A stretch of 64,000 bases of DNA. It comes from Roseibacillus sp. Its GTDB lineage: Bacteria; Verrucomicrobiota; Verrucomicrobiia; Verrucomicrobiales; Akkermansiaceae. Both the position numbers and the translations under genes were made by a program. The stretch spans positions 256,001 to 320,000 of the forward strand of contig JBPOGI010000004.1 of assembly GCA_051251855.1 (NCBI GenBank), given 5' to 3'. Below the pieces are notes generated by a model. It had not been told where the DNA came from. It saw nothing but the letters and a program-made list of their open reading frames with translations, and ran no database searches. Below are positions 43,698-51,907 of the stretch, one piece after another. The stretch's first letter is position 1. Every line of letters starts with the position of its first letter.

Positions 43698-46661
43698 CTA
43701 CCCCTCCAGAATCTCCATCACCTCGTTCTCACTCATCCCCGCCGAACCCGCATCCCCCTCCACCAGCGACTCAATGAGCGCTCGCTTCTTCTCCTGCAAA
43801 GTCAAAATCTTCTCCTCCACCGTGCCACGCGCAATCAGTTTATAACTCGTCACCACCCGCTCTTGCCCGATGCGATAAGCCCGGTCCGTCGCCTGAGCCT
43901 CTACCGCTGGGTTCCACCAGGGATCGACATGAATCACCGTATCCGCCCCCGTCAGGTTCAGGCCCACGCCCCCTGCCTTCAGCGAAATCAAAAACACCGG
44001 AATATCATCATTCTCTTGAAAGCGCTTCACCACTTCCCCTCGCTTCTTCGTCGAGCCATCGAGATAACACGACTTCCACCCTCGCTCCGCCAACATCGGC
44101 ACCATCGCCTGCAAAAACTGCACAAACTGAGAGAAAACCAACACCCGATGCCCTCCTGCCACCGCCTCTTCTAACAACTCCTCCAACAAACGAATCTTCG
44201 CCCCCACTTCCTCCTCCTTCAATCCCGTCAAACGCAAGTCACAACACGCCTGCCGCAACCTTAACAAGGCCGTCAACGCAATCATCCGCTTTGCCCCCCC
44301 TTCCGCATCCGAAACCCGCTGACGACTCTCGCGTAAAATCGCCTCATAAACCTCACGCTGCCGCTTGCCCAACTCCACATAGCGTACCTGCTCAATCTTC
44401 TCCGGCAGCTCCGTCGCCACCTCCGTCTTCATCCGCCTCAACAACAACGGCCGCAACCGCCGCGACAAGCGCGCGCGCAAAGCCAGTTCATCCCCCTTTG
44501 CCAGTGGCTTCTCATAACGCTCCCCAAAATCCTTCCGCCTCCCCAAATACCCCGGCTGCACGAAATTCATAATACTCCACAAGTCCCGCACCGAGTTCTC
44601 CACCGGAGTCCCCGTCAGCGCAAAGCGATTCTCCCCACTCAACAAAAACGCCGCTTTCGACACCTGTGCCTCCGGATTCTTAATCGTCTGTGCCTCATCC
44701 AGCACCACCGTAGTAAACCCCCACTCCTTCCAAACTTCCGCATCAATGCGCAACAAGGCATAACTCGTCACCAGCACATCCGCCTCCGCCCCCTTTTTCT
44801 GCAAAGTCTTCTTCCGCTTCGGCCCCTCAATCGCCACAGCCTTCATCTCCGGAAAAAACTTCCCCGCCTCATCGACCCAGTTCGAGACCAACGACGAAGG
44901 ACACACCACCAGAGATTGACCACCCGTTGCATGCAAAAACGTCAACGTTTGCAGCGTCTTACCCAACCCCATATCATCCGCCAAAATCCCACCCATCCCC
45001 ACACTGGACAGCTTCAACATCCACTCCACTCCCACCCGCTGATAGTCCCGCAGAATCTCCTCCCCCGGCCCCAAATCCCACTCATACTCTTCGTCCAACC
45101 CAGGCTCATCCCCTACCGCCTTGATGACCCCGTCACGCACCGCCTCCCGCAAGTAACCAGCCTGAGCCACACTCACCCGCATCACTCCCCCACCTGTCTG
45201 CTGCCCCTCCAAGTCACGCTGCAACTCCTCAACCTCACGCGCCACCGACTCCTCCATCACCACCACTCGCCCATCAGGCAAAGTCCGCTGCCCTCCATCA
45301 CCTCCCTGAAAAATCCGTCTCACCTCCGCAGCTCCCAGCGCGTTTCCGTTCCCCGATCGATATCCCACACTCACCCCAAACCAATCTTCCCCACTACTGG
45401 TATACTCTACCTCCGGCGTCACCTCCACCACCTGCCCCGCCGCATGGCGAAAGCGCTCCCCCTCCCGCACCACCCAATCGCTTGGCACCTTCTTCCGCCC
45501 ATAGGCATGGAACCGCACGATCTCTTCCTTATCCTTGAGCACAAAACTCCCTCGCCCTTTCTCAAAACCCCAGTCTCGCAAAAACATCCGCGCCGCCGAC
45601 TCCGCTTCCTCATCCTTCAAAAACGAGCCCTCATACTCCGCGTAATCAAACTCCAACTCCGCCTCCAAATGATTCAACGACCCCTCAAAAGTCACCCGCA
45701 CCACCGGTTGCACTACTCGCGGCAACTCATCCTCCACCGCTTCCAAATCAAAACACGCTCCCAGCTCCTCTCGAAACCGCCCCGCCCCCTCCAAGGTCAG
45801 CCCCACCGTCAACACCCGCTCCAAGCCATCCTCCAAACCACCCCCAATGGGCCAAAATCGCTTCGAATCAGCAAACCACCAAGCCCTCCCTTCTTCAATC
45901 AACGGGACTCCACCCGCAAAGTCCACCTTCACTCTATCCCCCTTCTTCACCAAAGGCAGCGGACGACGCGCCACCGACACCCGCACCTCCTCCTTCTTAC
46001 CCAAGCCCACGCGACCGTGCCCACCCAATCCATCTAACAAATCCAAGAACTCACCCTTCCCCAAAAAGCCCACTCCAGGAACCACCAGCGGCGAAATCCC
46101 CTGCAACACCTCAAGCACCGCCGCATCCGCCTCACTCACAAAAAGCACCATCGAACCACCCAACGCACTCAACATCACCGCATCCCCCGAATCCATCTCT
46201 TCCACCTCCACCCCCACCATCAACTGCCCAGCCTGCCAACTCTTCTCAATATTCAGGGGCAACAGCACCCGCAACCGCACCGCCCTCGCACCCTCCTCTT
46301 CTTCCACTGTCCACTTCGGCCAATCCGGAGAAACCTTTGGCCCCGCATCCACCACAGCCTCCTCAGTCTTCGACTTCCCTTGCGGATCCAAATACTCCAA
46401 CCCCACCGCCACCACATGCGCACACACAACCCCCATCTTGCGAGCCGCATAGCAGCCACACTCATTATCGACATCACTCGCCGATCGCACCACCAACCTC
46501 GCCTTACCGGTCTTCCCACACCCCGGCACCTTTCCCTCCAGCACTCCATCTCGGTAGCTCACCTCGCGCACCACCCCCGCCCGCCATGTGCCCCGAGCCT
46601 CCTTCATCACCTTCCATCCCGCCATGTCCATCAGGACCTTTTCCGACAACTCAAAACTCAT
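43698..46661 (-). CDS. SWIM zinc finger + SNF2-family helicase/ATPase
   Basis: CGC...CAH (SWIM), LRDYQ, LADDMGLGKT, DEAQ, TGTPVEN, GGVGLNLT, QATDRAYRIGQ. Confidence 0.95.
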   Translation of the reverse strand: MSFELSEKVLMDMAGWKVMKEARGTWRAGVVREVSYRDGVLEGKVPGCGKTGKARLVVRSASDVDNECGCYAARKMGVVCAHVVAVGLEYLDPQGKSKTEEAVVDAGPKVSPDWPKWTVEEEEGARAVRLRVLLPLNIEKSWQAGQLMVGVEVEEMDSGDAVMLSALGGSMVLFVSEADAAVLEVLQGISPLVVPGVGFLGKGEFLDLLDGLGGHGRVGLGKKEEVRVSVARRPLPLVKKGDRVKVDFAGGVPLIEEGRAWWFADSKRFWPIGGGLEDGLERVLTVGLTLEGAGRFREELGACFDLEAVEDELPRVVQPVVRVTFEGSLNHLEAELEFDYAEYEGSFLKDEEAESAARMFLRDWGFEKGRGSFVLKDKEEIVRFHAYGRKKVPSDWVVREGERFRHAAGQVVEVTPEVEYTSSGEDWFGVSVGYRSGNGNALGAAEVRRIFQGGDGGQRTLPDGRVVVMEESVAREVEELQRDLEGQQTGGGVMRVSVAQAGYLREAVRDGVIKAVGDEPGLDEEYEWDLGPGEEILRDYQRVGVEWMLKLSSVGMGGILADDMGLGKTLQTLTFLHATGGQSLVVCPSSLVSNWVDEAGKFFPEMKAVAIEGPKRKKTLQKKGAEADVLVTSYALLRIDAEVWKEWGFTTVVLDEAQTIKNPEAQVSKAAFLLSGENRFALTGTPVENSVRDLWSIMNFVQPGYLGRRKDFGERYEKPLAKGDELALRARLSRRLRPLLLRRMKTEVATELPEKIEQVRYVELGKRQREVYEAILRESRQRVSDAEGGAKRMIALTALLRLRQACCDLRLTGLKEEEVGAKIRLLEELLEEAVAGGHRVLVFSQFVQFLQAMVPMLAERGWKSCYLDGSTKKRGEVVKRFQENDDIPVFLISLKAGGVGLNLTGADTVIHVDPWWNPAVEAQATDRAYRIGQERVVTSYKLIARGTVEEKILTLQEKKRALIESLVEGDAGSAGMSENEVMEILEG

Positions 46662-46719
46662 GCGCCCCGCATCCTAACGACCCCACCCCTCACCGTCCAC
46701 TCTCCAAGAGAATAAACCT

Positions 46720-47280
46720 TCACCCCTTTGCAGCGACCCGAGCCTCTTCCAGATACTCCAAACTGCCATGCTTCTCACACCAACCTTCTATGTAATCAAA
46801 GTCCAACTGGTCCTCTTGCCGAAGAAGGACTTTTACCACATCATCAAAATCTTTCGCTCTCGCCGCTCCCTTGGTCCAGCGAAGCTTCTGAACCACCACA
46901 TCTTCCGCCGACGCTATCCAAGTTTCGATTCCTTCCCCCAGGTCAACCCGCACTCTCCGTCGAAACCGTTCCTGGTCGAACTCATCTTCACTTAAATGAA
47001 AAACTTCAATTTCAAAGAGACTCCCTTCGGTAAAAATCAGCTTCTTCCGAGTCGCAGTAATCATCTCGAATCCACCTTGCGGATCCAGCATCATCCCCTC
47101 AGGTAAATCTTCTGACAAGCGACTCCATGACTGGTCATCAAACCTAAGAACAATATCAGCATCTTTAGTCGCTCGAGGAATTCCAAAATAGTTCGAGGAA
47201 AATGATCCAACCACCATATAAGGAATCTCCCGCTTATTCAGAAACTGAACAAATTGAGCCAATAATTTCGAACCCGTCAT
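46720..47280 (-). CDS. Pol-beta-superfamily nucleotidyltransferase
   Basis: YMVVGSFSS..G.PRATKDADIV (GS..DxD), EDVVVQKL.W, KDFDD, DFDYI..W. Start MTGSK overlaps the upstream stop (ATGA). Confidence 0.8.
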   Translation of the reverse strand: MTGSKLLAQFVQFLNKREIPYMVVGSFSSNYFGIPRATKDADIVLRFDDQSWSRLSEDLPEGMMLDPQGGFEMITATRKKLIFTEGSLFEIEVFHLSEDEFDQERFRRRVRVDLGEGIETWIASAEDVVVQKLRWTKGAARAKDFDDVVKVLLRQEDQLDFDYIEGWCEKHGSLEYLEEARVAAKG

Positions 47281-47513
47281 TTGCCCATTCTGTCCGCTAA
47301 TTTTAAAAGTCGCTTCAATTCCTGTCGCAACGCCGTTGCTGACCAGGTTGGATTCTGCGCCTTCAGCCCAGCAAGACTTACTCGACAAGCATCATCGAAC
47401 AACTCAACACCCGAGAAAAACCTCTCTCGATCACTCATCCGCCGCGCCTGCTCGACCTTACGAGCATCGCACTCCGCCGCCTCCTGGCGAATCTGTTCCG
47501 ACGTGATTTCCAC
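47277..47513 (-). CDS. Small helical partner protein of the nucleotidyltransferase (antitoxin-like)
   Basis: ARRMSDRERF....L.......AGLKAQNP.WS. Translationally coupled to the downstream gene. GTG start assumed. Confidence 0.7.
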   Translation of the reverse strand: MEITSEQIRQEAAECDARKVEQARRMSDRERFFSGVELFDDACRVSLAGLKAQNPTWSATALRQELKRLLKLADRMGK

Positions 47514-47630
47514 GGTCAAAGAATAGCCCACGCTCGCAGAAACCTCAACGCCCATTTCAATGGCTACGAACACCCTTCACACCCACGACTCTCTATTGCA
47601 AACTGCTCCATCTCAGTCTAAAACCAAGCC

Positions 47631-48158
47631 ATGAAGCTCTATCTGCTCGCACTGGCGCTGTTTCTCAGCTCCTGCGCCATGAACACCGGCAAGTTCGTTC
47701 CCGAGGAAAAACAGTCCCGTCTCCCCGACCTCTACGAGCGGGACCAATACAACCGCCTTGTCGGACTCCGCAGCTACGGAGCCAAAGATTACCTCCTCGT
47801 CTTCTTCTATCCCGAAGCCGACACCCCCGGATGAATCAAGCAATGCAAAGCACTGGAGTCTTCAGTGCAAAAACTCGCCAACGCCAAAGTCCGCGCCCTC
47901 GGAGTCTCTATGGACTCCATTTCCAAGCAAAAGGCCTTCTCTGATAAATACAACCTCACTTTCCCCCTCCTTTGCGACATCGACGGCTCCATGTGTGACA
48001 AATTCGAAGTCCCCCATCCCAACAACCGCCCTGCCCGCATCAGCTTCCTTTTCCACGACCAACAACTCATTTGGACCGACTACACCGTCACCCCTGCCCG
48101 TCACATTGACCACGCCCTCGAAGCCGTCGCGGAACATCGTTCTGGCACCCTCAACTAA
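47631..48158 (+). CDS. BCP/PrxQ-type peroxiredoxin lipoprotein with in-frame UGA at the peroxidatic position (probable selenocysteine)
   Basis: ORFs 47631-47834 and 47865-48158 are one frame. Read-through gives LVFFYPEADTPG-U-IKQC...LGVSMD...KAFSDKYNLTFPLLCD...ARISFL (175 aa). Lipobox LSSC. Confidence 0.85.
47850..47868 (+). promoter_or_regulatory. Candidate bacterial SECIS hairpin
   Basis: gcactgga-gtc-ttcagtgc: an 8-bp stem with one G-U pair and a GUC apical loop starting 23 nt after the UGA. Confidence 0.7.
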
Positions 48159-48167
48159 CCCCATCTT

Positions 48168-48332
48168 ATGAAAATCATCCTCATTCTTACCCCCCTCTTT
48201 GCACTCACTTCCTGCGCCCTCGTCACCACCCCGTTAAAAGTCGCAGGGAGTGCCGCTGGCGCCGCCATTAACATCACTGGTAAGGCTGTCGGTGCTGGAG
48301 TCAGCCACCTCGGCAAAGATAAATCCGAATAA
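48168..48332 (+). CDS. Small 54-aa lipoprotein (below ORF-track cut-off)
   Basis: MKIILILTPLFALTSCALVTTPLKVAGSAAGAAINITGKAVGAGVSHLGKDKSE*, lipobox LTSC, 9 nt after the peroxiredoxin stop. Confidence 0.8.
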   Translation: MKIILILTPLFALTSCALVTTPLKVAGSAAGAAINITGKAVGAGVSHLGKDKSE

Positions 48333-48356
48333 GCATCCTCTCACTACTAGACTGCC

Positions 48357-49820
48357 TTAAGCAAAGGAAATCACCGTCGCCACCGCCCGGTTCCACAGGT
48401 CCCAATCGACCCCAACCTCTTCTTGAGGAACAAACTCACGCTCCACCCCGAGCAAGCCCTCCAACTCAGCAAGGTCCTTCCAAAACCCCACCTGTAATCC
48501 CGCAAAACAAGCGGCTCCCAGCGCCGTCGTCTCCAAACAACTCGGCCGCGCCACCTTTACCCCCACGCAATCGGCCTGAATCTGCATCAAAAGATTCCCT
48601 CTCGCCGCACCTCCATCGACTCGCAGCGTCTTTAACTTCACTCCGCTATCCTTCTCCATCGCGCGCAACACCTCGCCGCACTGAAAAGCGATACTCTCCA
48701 ACGCTGCCCGACAAACCTCCGGCTTCCCCGTCCCTCGACTCATCCCCAACAACGCCGCTCTCGTCTCCGGATCCCAATGCGGCGCACCCAATCCCGTGAA
48801 GGCCGGAACCAATACCACGCCTTCTGAGCTTACACACTGCAAAGCCAAGGGCTCCACCTCGGCCGCATCCTCTATCATCCCCAAACCATCACGCAACCAA
48901 TTGAGAATCGCCCCCGCCATAAACACCGACCCCTCCAAAGCATAACTCACCTCCCCGTTCCGCGACCACGCCACCGTCGAAAGGAGACCATTCTCGGACG
49001 CCACCACTTCCGCCCCCGTATTCATCAACAAAAAGCAACCCGTGCCATAGGTGCTTTTCGCCATCCCAGCCTCGAAACAGCTCTGCCCAAACAACGCCGC
49101 ATGCTGATCCCCCGCCACCCCCGCAATCGATATCCCCTCCCACTCCCCAAACGAATCCGAACACTCCTTCACCTCCGGAAGCATCGTCATCGGCACCTCT
49201 AACAGCTCACATAACTCTTCGTCCCAGCGTTGCTTTTCAATATCAAAAAGCAAAGTCCTCGAAGCATTCGTCACATCTGTCGCATGCACCGCCCCCTTCG
49301 TCAACTTCCACAACAACCAACTATCGATCGTCCCAAAGCACAGTTCTCCCTTCTCCGCTCGTTCACGCGCCCCAGGCACATTTTCTAACAACCACCGCAC
49401 CTTCGTCCCCGAAAAATAAGGATCCAACCTCAGCCCCGTCCGCGCGCGCACCAACTCCTCACAACCTTTCTCTTGCAACTCCTCACAAAAATCCGCCGTC
49501 CTCCGATCCTGCCAAACGATTGCCCGGTGAATCAGCTCCCCCGTCTTCCGTTCCCAGACCAAAGTCGTCTCCCGTTGATTCGTGATTCCCATCGCCACCG
49601 CCCGTCTCCCCTCCGCCTCTAGCTGACCCAACACTTCCTTTAGGGTAGCCGACTGACATTTCCAGATCTCCTCCCCATCATGCTCCACCCAACCCGACTG
49701 CGGGTAATGCTGGGCAAATTCCCGCTGCGCCGAAGCCACCACTTCCCCATTCCTATCAAAGGCCAAGGTCCGCGAACTCGTCGTGCCTTGGTCCAACGCA
49801 AGAATCACCTCATCATTCAT
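48357..49820 (-). CDS. glpK: Glycerol kinase
   Basis: LDQGTTSSR, GITNQRET, WQDRRT, DPYFSGTK, TNASRT, GDQ, TYGTGCF, LRVDGG, ETTALGAA. Confidence 0.96.
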   Translation of the reverse strand: MNDEVILALDQGTTSSRTLAFDRNGEVVASAQREFAQHYPQSGWVEHDGEEIWKCQSATLKEVLGQLEAEGRRAVAMGITNQRETTLVWERKTGELIHRAIVWQDRRTADFCEELQEKGCEELVRARTGLRLDPYFSGTKVRWLLENVPGARERAEKGELCFGTIDSWLLWKLTKGAVHATDVTNASRTLLFDIEKQRWDEELCELLEVPMTMLPEVKECSDSFGEWEGISIAGVAGDQHAALFGQSCFEAGMAKSTYGTGCFLLMNTGAEVVASENGLLSTVAWSRNGEVSYALEGSVFMAGAILNWLRDGLGMIEDAAEVEPLALQCVSSEGVVLVPAFTGLGAPHWDPETRAALLGMSRGTGKPEVCRAALESIAFQCGEVLRAMEKDSGVKLKTLRVDGGAARGNLLMQIQADCVGVKVARPSCLETTALGAACFAGLQVGFWKDLAELEGLLGVEREFVPQEEVGVDWDLWNRAVATVISFA

Positions 49821-49884
49821 CCTCCCAGTCTCACCCATTCCTCAATCCAAGGAAACTCGAAAATCCCCCTCGCGCCCCATCAAG

Positions 49885-50151
49885 CTACCAAAGCCACCAC
49901 ATCAACAAAGGAGCGATGAGAGGAGCGGAAAAACCCAACCTCCAAGCAAACTGAGCCAACCTCTCTCGTTTCTTCGCATCAAAGACACGCGCCAGAAAGA
50001 ACGGAAAAAAGCACAATGCCCACCCCACGAAGAGACCGACCACCAGCCCACCCATTCCAGCACCCACTCCTCCCTCAGAAAGACCAATCCACGCTCCCAC
50101 GGCCGCTCCCGCACCCTGCGCTCCCAGATAAGTTAACTCTTCAACGTTCAT
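49885..50151 (-). CDS. Small membrane protein
   Basis: Gly-rich hydrophobic helices; ATGA overlap with the SDR stop. Confidence 0.55.
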   Translation of the reverse strand: MNVEELTYLGAQGAGAAVGAWIGLSEGGVGAGMGGLVVGLFVGWALCFFPFFLARVFDAKKRERLAQFAWRLGFSAPLIAPLLMWWLW

Positions 50152-50804
50152 GCCACTGTCAAACTCCTCCCGTTATCACTCCCCGACAACCCCTCCAAAA
50201 ATGGCACCGCCACCCGTCCCCATTCCTCTGCCGTTGGAAACCCAGCCGCTCCCTCCCCCCAAGTCTTGCGCAACATCTCGGTATCGATCACCCCTGGATT
50301 CAATGCCACCGCGGCCAAACCCTCTGGCAACTCTTCAGCCAAAGCTAGACTCAGTCCTTCCATGGCCCACTTCGTCGCACAATAGGGAGCCACCTCCGAA
50401 GAGACACTCCGTCCCCACCCGCTCGAAAAATTCACCACCACCCCCGTCCCCCGCTCAATCATCATCGGCACCGCCGCCCGAATCACATTCGCCACCCCCT
50501 TAATGTTTACGTCGACCACCTTTCCAAAATCCTCCTCCGTCACCTCCCAAAGCGGCCCCGGCGAATTGATGAGCGCTGCATTATTCACTAACAAATCTGG
50601 CGCACCCATTTTTTCCACAGCCGCTTTACAAAAAGCAGACACTGCATCTGCATCACAGACATCGACCTCCTCAAAGTAACCCTCCCCCATCTCACCCACC
50701 TTCCGAGCACAACCCGACACCTGCCATCCTTTAGCCTGAAACCCCTCCACCATCGCCTTCCCCAATCCGCGCGAGCATCCTGTAATCCAAACAACCTTTG
50801 CCAT
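50148..50804 (-). CDS. Short-chain dehydrogenase/reductase
   Basis: TGCSRGLG, NNAA, SSGWGRS, YCATK, NPGVIDT. Confidence 0.92.
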   Translation of the reverse strand: MAKVVWITGCSRGLGKAMVEGFQAKGWQVSGCARKVGEMGEGYFEEVDVCDADAVSAFCKAAVEKMGAPDLLVNNAALINSPGPLWEVTEEDFGKVVDVNIKGVANVIRAAVPMMIERGTGVVVNFSSGWGRSVSSEVAPYCATKWAMEGLSLALAEELPEGLAAVALNPGVIDTEMLRKTWGEGAAGFPTAEEWGRVAVPFLEGLSGSDNGRSLTVA

Positions 50805-50936
50805 CTCCCTTCGAGACTACCATCTCGACCAAAAATTTCCTCCCAAAAATAACCTCTCCATCGCAAGTCCCTAGTATACCTCAAACAGCGCCGCTTTTTT
50901 ATTTCAACCCCTCAGACATTCTGCCAAAACCAGCCC

Positions 50937-51821
50937 ATGTATTTCACCGGATTTGCCGACGAAGCCGCCCGCGACCTAGCCACTCAAATCAAAGCCACCA
51001 AGGAAATTGGCTGGACCAAAATCTCCGCCCGCGGAGTCAATGGCAGTAACATCCACGAACTCCCCGAGGACGAGTTCAATTCAGTCGCCGACCAACTCGA
51101 CGAAGCCGGCATCACCATCCCCGAGTTCGGGTCCCTCATCGGCAACTGGGGTAAGCCCATCACCAGCGACTTCGACATCACCCTCGCCGAAATCGAGCGC
51201 GCTATTCCTCGCATGAAGCGCCTCGGCACCCAAATCATCCGCATCATGTCCTACGCCCAAGAACCCTGGGGCAGTGACCAAAACGAAGCCGAACGCTTCC
51301 GACGCCTGCGCGAAATCGTCACCCGCTTCGCCGACGCTGGCCTCACCGCCGCGCACGAAAACTGCATGAACTGGGGAGGCTTCTCCGCCCAACACTCCCT
51401 GCGCCTCGTCGAAGAAGTTCCGGGCCTCAAGCTCATCTTCGACACCGCCAACCCCGTCTTCCAAATGGACCGCTCCCAGCCACAAGCTAACGGAACCTTC
51501 CCTTGGCAAGACCCCCTCGCATTCTACCACGCCGTCCGCGAGCACATCATTCACGTCCACATCAAAGACTGCACCAATCCCCCCGCCGGCGAAACCGAGC
51601 CTGCCGAATACACCCTCCCCGGCGCCGGCCAAGCCAAAATCCGCGAGATTCTCACCGAACTCAAAAACTCCGGCTACGACGGAGGCCTCGCCATCGAACC
51701 CCATGTCGCCACCGTCTTCCACGCCGTCGACGGAGCGGAGCCCGACTGGGACCAATGCTACTCCTCCTACGTCGAATACGGCCTCGCCTTCAACACGCTC
51801 TGCAAGGAAATTGGCATCTAA
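50937..51821 (+). CDS. Sugar phosphate isomerase/epimerase (xylose-isomerase-like TIM barrel)
   Basis: FADEA, HENC, FDTAN, HVHIKD, IEPH. Confidence 0.85.
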   Translation: MYFTGFADEAARDLATQIKATKEIGWTKISARGVNGSNIHELPEDEFNSVADQLDEAGITIPEFGSLIGNWGKPITSDFDITLAEIERAIPRMKRLGTQIIRIMSYAQEPWGSDQNEAERFRRLREIVTRFADAGLTAAHENCMNWGGFSAQHSLRLVEEVPGLKLIFDTANPVFQMDRSQPQANGTFPWQDPLAFYHAVREHIIHVHIKDCTNPPAGETEPAEYTLPGAGQAKIREILTELKNSGYDGGLAIEPHVATVFHAVDGAEPDWDQCYSSYVEYGLAFNTLCKEIGI

Positions 51822-51825
51822 TCGA

Positions 51826-51853
51826 TTTGGAGTGCGCAGCACCGCACTCCAAA
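51826..51853. repeat. Palindrome tttggagtgcg-N6-cgcactccaaa (REP-like or terminator)
   Basis: 11-bp perfect stem just after a stop codon. Confidence 0.6.
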
Positions 51854-51907
51854 GATCACCATAGCTATCGACACCTAGTCAAAAGCTCATCACCTTTCTC
51901 GTACGCG

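Noticed and set aside
44916..46037. Long shadow ORFs (373 aa here; also 15611-16642, 24158-25018, 26173-26997, 52712-53515 and others)
   Set aside because: They overlap well-supported genes, have Pro/His/Arg-biased or antisense-type composition caused by codon bias, and carry no recognisable motifs.
47631..48158. Reading the peroxiredoxin as two genes or as a frameshifted pseudogene
   Set aside because: Both parts are in one frame, the only interruption is TGA at the catalytic column, and a SECIS-like hairpin follows. A nonsense mutation remains possible but is less parsimonious.
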